Below, piece by piece: positions 1 through 10,100 of a DNA stretch of 64,000 bases. Each line of letters starts with the position of its first letter. The first letter of the stretch is position 1. This DNA is from Bacteroidota bacterium (lineage in GTDB: Bacteria; Bacteroidota; Bacteroidia; Bacteroidales; JACABE01). The notes under the pieces were generated by a model that was not told where the DNA came from, did no database searches, and saw nothing but the letters and a program-made list of their open reading frames with translations. Both the position numbers and the translations under genes were made by a program. Where the stretch lies: the NCBI GenBank assembly GCA_037133555.1, contig JBAXNW010000004.1, forward strand, positions 13,176 to 77,175, in the 5' to 3' direction.

Positions 1-2
1 AA

Positions 3-431
3 GACTTCGTCCATTTAAAAGAAGATGTTTCTAAAAAAACACTTTCTGCATCAGAAAAGAAAAAATGCATATTATACATTGAAGACAATACAACTAATAC
101 CGAATTAATTGAACTTATATTGTATGCTTATCGTTCAGATATCCGATTAATAACGGATGAAAAAGGAGAAAAAACTGTCCAGCTTGCCATCGAAAACCAT
201 GTGGATTTGATCGTACTGGATCTTGATTTGCCGGATATACATGGGAGTGAAGTCCTCAAAAAGCTGCTGACAAACAAAAAAACGAAAAACATCCCGGTTG
301 TTATCGTCAGTGCTGACGCCATGCCTCAACAAATCAATAACTTACTAAAGTCAGGCGCTAAAAAATACATAACAAAACCCATCGCTATTCAAGCTTTTTT
401 AGAAGTCTTGGATGAGTGGGTAGGGAAATAA
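3..431 (+). CDS. C-terminal receiver (REC) domain of a hybrid sensor kinase; the 5-prime end lies upstream of the window
   Basis: The frame of the 120..431 ORF stays open back to nt 3 (..EKKKCILYIEDNTTN..). REC signature: ILYIEDN, DLIVLDLDLPDIHG, VVIVSADA, KKYITKPI. Confidence 0.8.
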   Translation, partial: DFVHLKEDVSKKTLSASEKKKCILYIEDNTTNTELIELILYAYRSDIRLITDEKGEKTVQLAIENHVDLIVLDLDLPDIHGSEVLKKLLTNKKTKNIPVVIVSADAMPQQINNLLKSGAKKYITKPIAIQAFLEVLDEWVGK

Positions 432-744
432 TTAGAAATTAGTAATTTAGGCTATAGGCGTTTAGGCTTTAAAAATTAGGAATTTAGACGGTAGGCGTTT
501 AGGCTTTAAGAAATAAGAATTAGGAATTATAAATCAGGAATTTAGACGGTAGGCGTTTAGGCTTTAAGAATTAGGAATTTAGGCTATAGGCGTTTAGGCT
601 TTAAGAAATAAGAAGTAGAAATTAGAAATTAGGCTGTAAAAGTGATTTTAAGCAACCTAAAAACCTAAAGCCTAAATAACCTACAGTCTAAATAACCTAC
701 AGCCTATATAAACATTAACAAAAAACAAATAAACAACCAACCAT
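432..744. repeat. Intergenic mosaic of 8-bp-periodic word arrays (TAGGCGTT/TAGGCTTT/AGGAATTT family) with inverted right arm
   Basis: The 16-mer TAGGCGTTTAGGCTTT occurs at 455, 492, 550 and 587. Reverse-complement words (CCTAAAGCCTAAATAACCTACAG..) occupy about 668-710. Confidence 0.9.
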
Positions 745-2445
745 ATGATCGATTCAACCTTGAAAAATGCAAACATCCTTATTGTGGATGATAAACAGGC
801 CAATATTGATATTCTTGTAGGATTGCTTGAATTTCATGGCTACAACAATATCAAAACTACAACAGATCCACGATTAGTTGTAGCTTTGTATGAAATGTTT
901 AAGCCAGATATCATACTGCTTGATTTAAACATGCCTCATTTTACAGGTTTTGAAATAATTGAACAATTACAGTCCTTTATCCCATCCTATGTGTTTATGC
1001 CGATACTTGTGCTTACTGCCGATATCACCATGGAAGCCAAAAAGCATGCACTTTCAATAGGGGCTAAAGATTTTATTTCAAAACCCTTTGACTTGAATGA
1101 AGTAGACCTCAGAATTAAAAACCTGCTGGAGACCCGCTACCTTTATCAACAGTTGAATCATCAGAATTTTATTTTAGATGAAATTGTACAAGAACGTACC
1201 TATGAACTCGAAAAGAAAAACAAAGAGTTAAAAATAGCTATGTATAAATCTGATGAAAGCAATCGCCTTAAAACAGCTTTTCTGAATAATATTTCTCACG
1301 AAATACGTACACCTTTCAATGGCTTACTTGGTTTTATGTCGCTGTTGCAGGACGATGAAATAACAAAATCGGAAAGAGATGATTATATCAAGGAAATCAA
1401 TACCAGCGCTTTTCGTTTGATGCATACTATCAACGACATTGTAGAAAGTTCAAAGATTCAGGCAGGAGAATTAAAACTCGATATCCACAAAACCAATATC
1501 AAACAATTGTCAAATGAAGTATTTAAGCGATACAAACCCCTTGCCGAAATAAAAGGCCTGAGTTTTACAATCAACCATCAATTACCAAAAAGCATTGAAT
1601 ACCTTTACACGGGTAGTACAGAGCTAGAAAGCATACTTTCAATCCTCATTGACAATGCAATAAAATTTACTAATAAAGGCAGCATTGAATTTGGATATAG
1701 AATTAAAAATGGATTAACTGAGAAATCGATTGATTCTCAACATGATGATAAGCAAATGCTGTACGAAACAGATACCCAAAGTAATTTGAAAGAGATAGAA
1801 TTTTACTTAAAAGATAGTGGCATCGGAATTTCAGAAATTAATCAACAAATTATCTTTGAACATTTCATGCAGGTAGATGTTTCAAATACTAGACAATATG
1901 AAGGCTCAGGTTTAGGCCTTTCTATTGCAAAAGCACATGCTGATTTATTGGGTGGTAAAATTTATTTAGAAAGCGTTGAAGGCTCAGGTTCTGTATTTTA
2001 TTTCTCTTTACCTTATCAGGTACGACAACAGGAAAAAGAGGAAGCTTTTAAGAAAATTTCAACTAAGAAATCGGAAAACAACTTAAAGAATCTTAATATA
2101 TTAATTGTAGATGATGACGATATTTCTGTAATGCTGATTAAAATGGCTGTTAAGAACATTCACCAAAAGCTTATTATTGCAAAAACAGGTGCTAAAGCTG
2201 TGGAAGAATGTATAGCCAATCCTGATATTGATTTGGTACTGATGGATATGAAGATGCCGGATATGGACGGCTATGAAGCCACTCGAAAAATCAGGAAGTT
2301 TAACGATACAGTTGTAATTATAGCACAAACAGCCTTTGCCATAAAAGGTGATAGGGAAAAAACCATTGAAGCTGGCTGTAACGATTATATTTCAAAGCCC
2401 ATACAAAGAGAAGATTTACTGTCGATTATTAAAAATAATTTTTAA
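745..2445 (+). CDS. Hybrid sensor histidine kinase (REC-HisKA-HATPase_c-REC)
   Basis: N-terminal REC: ILIVDDKQAN, DIILLDLNMPHFTG, DFISKPF. HisKA H-box: FLNNISHEIRTPFNG. ATPase G-boxes: DSGIGI, GSGLGLSIAKAHADLLGG. C-terminal REC: ILIVDDDDIS, DLVLMDMKMPDMDG, NDYISKPI. Confidence 0.93.
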   Translation: MIDSTLKNANILIVDDKQANIDILVGLLEFHGYNNIKTTTDPRLVVALYEMFKPDIILLDLNMPHFTGFEIIEQLQSFIPSYVFMPILVLTADITMEAKKHALSIGAKDFISKPFDLNEVDLRIKNLLETRYLYQQLNHQNFILDEIVQERTYELEKKNKELKIAMYKSDESNRLKTAFLNNISHEIRTPFNGLLGFMSLLQDDEITKSERDDYIKEINTSAFRLMHTINDIVESSKIQAGELKLDIHKTNIKQLSNEVFKRYKPLAEIKGLSFTINHQLPKSIEYLYTGSTELESILSILIDNAIKFTNKGSIEFGYRIKNGLTEKSIDSQHDDKQMLYETDTQSNLKEIEFYLKDSGIGISEINQQIIFEHFMQVDVSNTRQYEGSGLGLSIAKAHADLLGGKIYLESVEGSGSVFYFSLPYQVRQQEKEEAFKKISTKKSENNLKNLNILIVDDDDISVMLIKMAVKNIHQKLIIAKTGAKAVEECIANPDIDLVLMDMKMPDMDGYEATRKIRKFNDTVVIIAQTAFAIKGDREKTIEAGCNDYISKPIQREDLLSIIKNNF

Positions 2446-2520
2446 TACAAACAGAAGGGAATCAATTATCAGTGAGCAGTGGTAGAGAAATAAGAGACGA
2501 AAAGCGATACGTTCATATAA

Positions 2521-2550
2521 TTTTGTTATGCTGAACAAAGTGAAGCATCT
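2521..2550 (+). repeat. Hairpin module H (solo copy)
   Basis: ttttgttATGCTgaacaaagtgaAGCATct. Confidence 0.8.
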
Positions 2551-2591
2551 TATAAAGATTAAATGCTAAATTATTTAAATAACTGATAAGC

Positions 2592-3734
2592 ATGAAAACA
2601 GAACAACAGATCTATTCCCAAGAAAATGCCTGGGTAAAAAAAACAGACCATAATCTCAGCAATTTGGCTCAGTTGGTTTTTTTATTTGGCAATAAAGACT
2701 TGCTTAAACAAGCTGCACTCATTGATGATATGAAAGCCCTTTATCCAATGGCAGAAATAGTAGGTTGTTCTACTTCCGGCGAAATTTATCAGGAAGAAGT
2801 GTTCAACAACAACATCGTTTGTACGGCTGTTTTTTTTGAAAAATCAAAGATTGAAATTGCAAAAGAAAGCATACATAGCATGGAAGATAGTTTTGAGGTT
2901 GGCGAAAAACTGGCAGCAAAACTCGACAAACAAGACCTTGTTCACATCATGATACTTTCTGAAGGCTTGAATATCAATGGAAGTGAGCTAACCAAGGGTC
3001 TGAATAAACAACTCAATGACCGGATTCCAGTTACGGGTGGTTTGGCAGGTGATCAGGATTTGTTTTCGGAAACCGTTATCGTTCACAATCAGGCCGGTGA
3101 AAAAAATATAGTCATTGCCATCGGCTTTTATGGCAGCCAGCTTCAGATAGGCTATGGCTCATTGGGCGGCTGGGATTCCTTTGGTGTCGATCGTGAAGTT
3201 ACCCGTTCAAAAGGAAATATCCTTTACGAATTGGATGGACAACCAGCCCTGGAACTTTACAAGCGTTACCTGGGCGATTATGCTGCAAATTTGCCAGCTT
3301 CGGCGCTCTTGTTTCCTTTAAGCCTTCGTATCAAAAATTCAGAAACACCATTGGTGCGTACCATATTAGCCGTAAACGAAAGCGATGGGAGCATGGTTTT
3401 TGCGGGCGATATCCCTCAGGGTGAATATGTTCGCCTGATGAAAGCCAATATTGACAAACTGATTGATGGAGCCAGCGATGCTGCAGAAATATCAAAAACC
3501 AGCCTTCAGTATCCTGATGCTGAGCTGGCAATCCTGATTAGTTGCGTAGGACGTAAACTGGTATTAAAACAAAGAGTGGAAGAAGAACTGGAAATTATTC
3601 GTGAGGTAATTGGGAATTCCCCTGCAGTTACAGGTTTTTATTCTTATGGTGAAATCTGTCCCTTGCAAGCATTCGAACAACATTGTGAACTGCACAACCA
3701 AACCATGACCATTACCCTTTTTAAGGAAATTTAA
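2592..3734 (+). CDS. FIST-domain sensory protein
   Basis: 380 aa with FIST-like blocks (IVGCSTSGEI, PVTGGLAGD, ISCVGRKLVL, TGFYSYGEI). Its stop is 11 nt before the next kinase gene, suggesting an operon. Confidence 0.8.
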   Translation: MKTEQQIYSQENAWVKKTDHNLSNLAQLVFLFGNKDLLKQAALIDDMKALYPMAEIVGCSTSGEIYQEEVFNNNIVCTAVFFEKSKIEIAKESIHSMEDSFEVGEKLAAKLDKQDLVHIMILSEGLNINGSELTKGLNKQLNDRIPVTGGLAGDQDLFSETVIVHNQAGEKNIVIAIGFYGSQLQIGYGSLGGWDSFGVDREVTRSKGNILYELDGQPALELYKRYLGDYAANLPASALLFPLSLRIKNSETPLVRTILAVNESDGSMVFAGDIPQGEYVRLMKANIDKLIDGASDAAEISKTSLQYPDAELAILISCVGRKLVLKQRVEEELEIIREVIGNSPAVTGFYSYGEICPLQAFEQHCELHNQTMTITLFKEI

Positions 3735-3745
3735 TTCTTTGCAGC

Positions 3746-6700
3746 ATGGAAAGCAAATTAAACAAGCTCCTGACACGACAGCTTAAAAAACACTTTGGTT
3801 CTGTTGACAATATGCCGGAAGAACTAAAAGGCATTATTCTGGACATCAACAATACCTATGAAAACTTTAAAGATGATACAGCTTTGCTTCAAAACTCCAT
3901 CGAAATCAGTTCGCTGGAGCTTAGAAATGCTTTTCAAAAACAAAAACAAGATGCTGAAGACCAAAAACTTACCATCAACAGCATAAAAGAAGCCATACTT
4001 GCCATTCAGCCTGCTTCTCAACATACAATTTCCGAACCCGAAACATCAGTTTCCGGCACCAGCTATTTGTTTGAATCACTGATAAAACTCATTGAAGCGC
4101 GTAAAACTGCTGAGGAGGAAATTCTTAAGCTGTCGAAAGCCGTGGAACAAAACCCGGCTTCTATCGTTATCACTGATATTTATGGCAATATCGAATATGT
4201 AAATCCTAAATTTTACAATTTAACCGGATATACCAGAGAAGAAGTGATTGGTAAAAACCCAAGAATATTAAAGTCAGATGCAACCCCGTCTGATTATTTC
4301 AAAAATCTATGGGAAACCATATTGTCGGGTAAGGAATGGAGCGGCGAATTGCAGAATAAAAAGAAAAACGGCGAAATCTATTGGGAATCAGCTTTAATAT
4401 CACCTATTTTCAACGAACACCATAAAATTACACACTTTGTTGCCATCAAGGAAGATATCACTGAGCGTAAATATATTGATGCTGAAAGAATCCGACAATC
4501 AGGATTAATTACCTCCTTACTGGATTCCATCCCTGATATTATCTTTTTCAAAGACATCCAAGGTGTTTATTTGGGTTGCAATCCTCCTTTTGTTGAATTT
4601 GTAGGAAAACCGAAAAATGAAATTATCGGAAAAACCGACTACGATCTTTTTGACCAGGAAACCGCTACAATATTCCGACAGTTTGACAATGAAATGCTTG
4701 CTCTTAAATTATCCAGGCACAACGAAGAATGGATTACTTATCCTGACGGAAGGAAAATATTGATAGACACCCTAAAAACACCTTATTGGGCAAGTGATGG
4801 AAGCCTGATTGGAATATTAGGCATCAGCAGGGATATTACCAAAAGAAAAGAAGCTGAAGATAAATTGTTGCAAAGCAGTCAGAAATGGGAAGCCATTATA
4901 TCAGCTTCACCCGATGGAATCGGAGTGGTTTCTTTAGATGGAAAATTGCAGCTTTTATCGGAGAAATTAGCCACGATGTACGGCTATACCATCGAACAAA
5001 AAGATGAATATCTTGGAAAAACAATTTTTGATTATATCGATCCTTCCAACCATCAATTGCTGAAAGATAATATTCGTTTATTGATTGACGCTGAAAGTGA
5101 GAATAAAATTACGGAATACCTGGCTATTAAAAAAGACAACAGCAGATTTTATGTGGATGTAAATTCTTGTGTTTTGTATGATACTGATGGAAATCCTGAA
5201 AGCATTTTATTTGTTGAACGCGACATTACAGAGCGTAAACAAGCAAAAGAAACCCTGGAAAATGAACGAACACTCTTCAGAACCATTATCGATTTAATTC
5301 CCGATGCCGTATATGTAAAAGATACGGAAGGCCGAAAAATTATTGCCAACCCAAAAGAAGTAGAACTCATAGGAAAAAATTCCGAAAATGAAATAATCGG
5401 CAATACCGATTTTAATTTACTTACAAAACATCAGGCGGAATACTCTCAGGGAGAAGATCAATTTGTGCTGACTACCGGAAACCCCTTATTGGATATTGAA
5501 AGTACGATGCACGACAGAGATGGCATCCAACATTGGCTGATGGGCTCCAAGGTAGCTTTGCGCGACATCCATGGCAACATCACCGGTATAGTAGGAATCA
5601 CCCACGATATCAGTGATCTTAAGAAAACAGAAGCCGGTCTCGTGAATGCAAAATTGGAAGCAGAAATGGCCAATCAATCGAAAAGTATTTTTCTGGCCAA
5701 TATGTCTCACGAAATCAGAACCCCTCTGAATGCCATTATTGGCTTTTCTCAACTGATGAATAGAGACCCCTTGTTGACAGCTACCCAAAAAGAATACAAT
5801 ACATCCATTATTCGTGCCGGTGAACATCTGCTGATGCTCATCAACGACATTCTTGAATTATCCAAGGTAGAAGCCGGCCGTGTTGTTATCAACCCGACAA
5901 ATGTTGATTTGTACGAATTGATTGATGACATTCAGATGTTATTTAAAGAAAGGGTTGAATTTAAACAGCTTCAGTTATTGGTGGAGGTCTCCAGCGATCT
6001 TCCTCGTTATGTTTGGGTAGATGAACAAAAATTACGTCAGATATTTTTTAATTTAATTGGGAATGCCATTAAATTTACCGATCAGGGTGGGATTGCCGTA
6101 AGGGTGAGGTCTGATGAAAGAAAGAAAAATGAAAGGCAGCTCATTGTTGAAGTTCAGGATTCAGGTCATGGCATTGCAGAAGACGAACTCAATATGCTGT
6201 TTCAACACTTTGCTCAAACTGCATCGGGTATCAAAAAAAGCAGCGGCACCGGTTTAGGCCTTGCACTGAGCCGCGAATTAGCCATCTTAATGGGAGGTAA
6301 TATCACCGTAAAAAGCCAGTTGGGAAAAGGATCCGTATTTACTTTTTATATTGCAATCAAAGAAGGAGAAGCCAAAACACAAAAGAACTTAGTGGCTAAA
6401 CGCGTAACAGGTATTTATAATCCTCAAAAAACTTACCGTATTTTGGTAGTGGACGATAAAGAAGAAAATCTAAAAGTGGCTGTTAAATTGCTGCAATTAG
6501 TTGGATTTGAAACAGCCGAAGTTATGAATGGGAAAGCTGCTGTCGAAAAATTTAAGGAATGGCAACCCGACCTGGTTCTCATGGATATTCGCATGCCTGA
6601 AATGGATGGGCTTGAAGCTTGTCGTTTGATAAAATTAACTGAAAAAGGAAAAGAAACGCCGATTATAGCCCTTACAGCCAGCTCTTTTGAAGAAGAACGA

Positions 6701-7066
6701 AAAAAGATAGAATCATTGGGCATGCTTGACTTTATCCGTAAACCATTCAGGGAAAACGATTTTTTTACAAGTATAGGAAATGCATTGGCTATTGAATACA
6801 TTTATGAAAAGGAAACCGCATCTGTTCAGCATAAAATACTGAAGGATCAAACAGCCATTGAAGAAGCCATTGCTAATTTACCCAATTACCTGATATCGCA
6901 AATGGCCGATGCCCTCTCTATCGCAGATTTAGACCTTTTGATAGTCCTTATAAAAAGTATAGCTGTCGAAAATCCTGAACTGTCACAACACTTAACAACC
7001 CACGCCAATGATTATGATTATGCTTATCTGCAGCAGTTGTTAAAACAGCACAAGGGCTCAAATTAA
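3746..7066 (+). CDS. Multi-PAS hybrid sensor histidine kinase (PAS x ~4, HisKA, HATPase_c, REC, conserved C-terminal extension)
   Basis: Repeated PAS-type blocks followed by (DIT/DIS)xRK(x)AE. H-box: [19 protein letters not shown]. ATPase: [61 protein letters not shown]. Confidence 0.93.
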   Translation: [1106 protein letters not shown]

Positions 7067-7090
7067 ATGCTTTTGGACTATACTAAATAC

Positions 7091-7098
7091 TATCTTTG
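7091..7098 (+). promoter_or_regulatory. Bacteroidota -7 promoter motif (TAnnTTTG) upstream of the CHASE kinase
   Basis: TATCTTTG, 64 nt upstream of ATG 7162. Confidence 0.4.
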
Positions 7099-7161
7099 TT
7101 ATAAATTACACCATACATAATCAAGCTAATAGATAAAATAATTAATCCTTTAAGCAATACA

Positions 7162-10100
7162 ATGATACTACAAATAGATTATATTTTCTGGCTTTTTGTA
7201 ATTACATTTCTGTTCAGCTTTCTAGTTATTTATCTGTTGTGGCCTAAACATCACCAAAGGCTAAGCTGGTCATTGTCGTTCTTACTACTTTTATTATTTG
7301 TTGCTGGATTTTTTGTTGCAAACTGGAAAGGGCAGCAAAAAGACAAAGAATTAAAAAAGAATTTACAAAGGCAAGTTGAAGCGATTGCCCGTACCATCCA
7401 TACATCCCAAGTAAAAAGCCTGAGTTTTTCATTGAAAGATAAAATAAATCCTGATTTTCAAATGTTTTCAGAGCAAATGAAGGCGTATAAAAAGATGATA
7501 CAGGAAAATCTAAAGGTTTCGAATTTGAGTATTTACAGTATGACACTTCGAAATGACAGTATATTATTTGGTCCCGAAAGTTACAACGAGGGTGAGTTGT
7601 ATGCTTCACCACCCGGTACCTTTTACAAAGAACCTACTATGGCTGTTAAAAGGGTTTTCTCCAATGGAAAATCTTTCGTAGAAGGCCCTTATACCGATGA
7701 ATACAGTACATTTATTTCGGCCTATGCCCCTGTCATTGACCCTGTAAGTAGAAAGGTGATGATGCTGATAGGGATGGATATTGAATATACCGCATTTAAG
7801 AAAGAAATTGCCCTTCCCCGTCTGATTACTTTTCTTTGCATACTCTTATTGGTAATGGTATTGCTGGGGGGGGTCTTTTTTATGGGTTTACGTGAAAAAA
7901 AGAGCAATTATCAGCATTTTTTCTGGAAGCATACCGAAGCAATCATCGTTTCTACTTTTGGCATTACACTCAGCTGTATCATCGCCTTTACCTTGCATCA
8001 AAACGAAAAAGGGAAACAACAGGAAATATTCACCCAGGTTTCGGAACCTGAGGCCAAAAGTATTTGCGAATCATTCAACGATTTACGTGATTTTCAGTTT
8101 GAAGGAATAAATCCTTACCTTTCTGAATTTAAAGATGTTGACAGGAAATCGAATCGTTCATTGTTAACGCCCCTGTTTCAGCTGAGCAATCTTCAACTTA
8201 CCATTGCCTGGGTGGTAACTGTTCAGGATAATGAAAAATTGAAATGGGAAGCTGTAACTTCTGCCGAAACCAGCAGCAATATCAGGATCTGGCAACAAAA
8301 TGGTGCCGGTCTTAAAATCCCTGTAAAAAAAAGGGCCACTTACTTCCCAATTAAATATATAGAACCCTATTCAGTAAATGAGGGTTTAATCGCTTATGAT
8401 TTAGCATCGGATAGTATTGCAGCAACAGCGCTCGAAAAAGCGATGAAAACAGGGATGGATGTTGCATGCGATCCTATTGAATTACCATCCAAAAAAAACA
8501 AAAATACTGAAATTCTTATCTTCCATCCTGTTGTAACAAAAGATACTGTGAATCAAAACATACATACATTTGTAGCCTGCCTGGTCCAGCTCGAATTGTT
8601 CATGCAAAAAGCAGTATCCTTTGATCCATCAGAAAAATCACAATCTATAATAGATCTCTATCAGCTAACTTCCGATAAACCTGCCCATTATCTTGCTTCC
8701 ACTTCCGAAAAAGATGACCCTCACGATGGGAATATGAACAATGATAAAGATTTCAAGCAACAAAAAAATGTAATGGCCATATACCCGGTCTTTGTTTTTG
8801 ATAAGTCCTACGCAATTGTCATTTATCCTTCAAAGGGAACTTTTGCAGCCTCACAAATTTTTACAGGATACCTCGCCTTGCTAATAGGCTTGTTCCTCAC
8901 TTTTGTTTTGGCAGCCTTTACAGTCTTTCTCAATCGTCGTCAAGCCAATCTGGAGGTGAGGGTTGCTTTACGGACAGCAGAATTGCGCGAAAGTGAAGAA
9001 AGATTTCGTGGCATTTTTAATTCCTCACTGGTGGGAATTGCCATAACCGGAGCAAATGGAAAATGGTTGTATTTCAACGATAAACTCTGCGAAATGCTCG
9101 GCTATTCTAATCAAGAGCTTGAAAAAATGAGCTGGACCGACATTATTCCATTGGAAGACCAGGAAAAAGAAAACGAATTGTTTTTACGCGTTCTTTCGGG
9201 CAAACAGCCTGCGAATATCGAGAAAAAATACATCTGTAAAGACAAGACGTTGATGGATGTATCCGTATCAACAGGTATTGTCAGGAATGCTGAAGGTGAT
9301 GTGATTCATTTTTCTTCCATTATTCAGGATATTACCGAACAAAAAAACACAGAAGCCGTACTTTTAAATGCCAAAATTCAAGCTGAAACGGCCAATAAGG
9401 CTAAAAGTATTTTCCTTGCAAATATGTCGCACGAAATCAGAACACCCCTGAATGCTATCATCGGGTTTTCGCAACTCATAAATCGCGATCCATTATTAAC
9501 AGATATTCAAAAGGAATACAGCACTTCTATCATTCGAGGTGGCGAACATCTTTTGACCCTTATCAATAACATATTGGAATTATCAAAAGTAGAAGCTGGG
9601 CGGGTTGAATTAAACCCTGTAAATGTTGATTTACCTGCTTTTATTGATGATATAAAGACGATTTTCAAAGAAAGATTTGAATCCAAACACTTGCAATTTA
9701 TTTTTGAATTAGCTACAGATCTTCCACGTTTTGTTTATGTTGACGAGCATAAATTAAGACAGATTTTTATCAATTTAATAAGCAATGCCATCAAATTCAC
9801 CGAAGAAGGAGGCATTGCCATAAGGGTAAAACAAATAAAAAAAGATGAAGAGAGTGGACTGTTGATGGTTGAAGTGCAGGATTCAGGTTACGGTATTGCC
9901 GAAGATGAAATCAAATTGCTCTTCAAACATTTTGTACAAACTGCTTCAGGTATCAAAACAAGCAGTGGTACTGGTTTAGGCCTTGCCCTGTGCCGTGAAT
10001 TATGCCTCTTAATGGGCGGCGATATCAGCGTAAAAAGCCAGTTGGGTGAAGGTTCGATATTTATTTTTACGGTGGCAGTCAAAAAAGGAAGTCCTGAAAT

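Noticed and set aside
6760-7066. An HPt phosphotransfer domain at the C-terminus of the two set-2 hybrid kinases.
   Set aside because: No histidine is conserved between the two paralogous tails and there is no HxxKG-like motif. The tail is reported instead as an unknown conserved extension.
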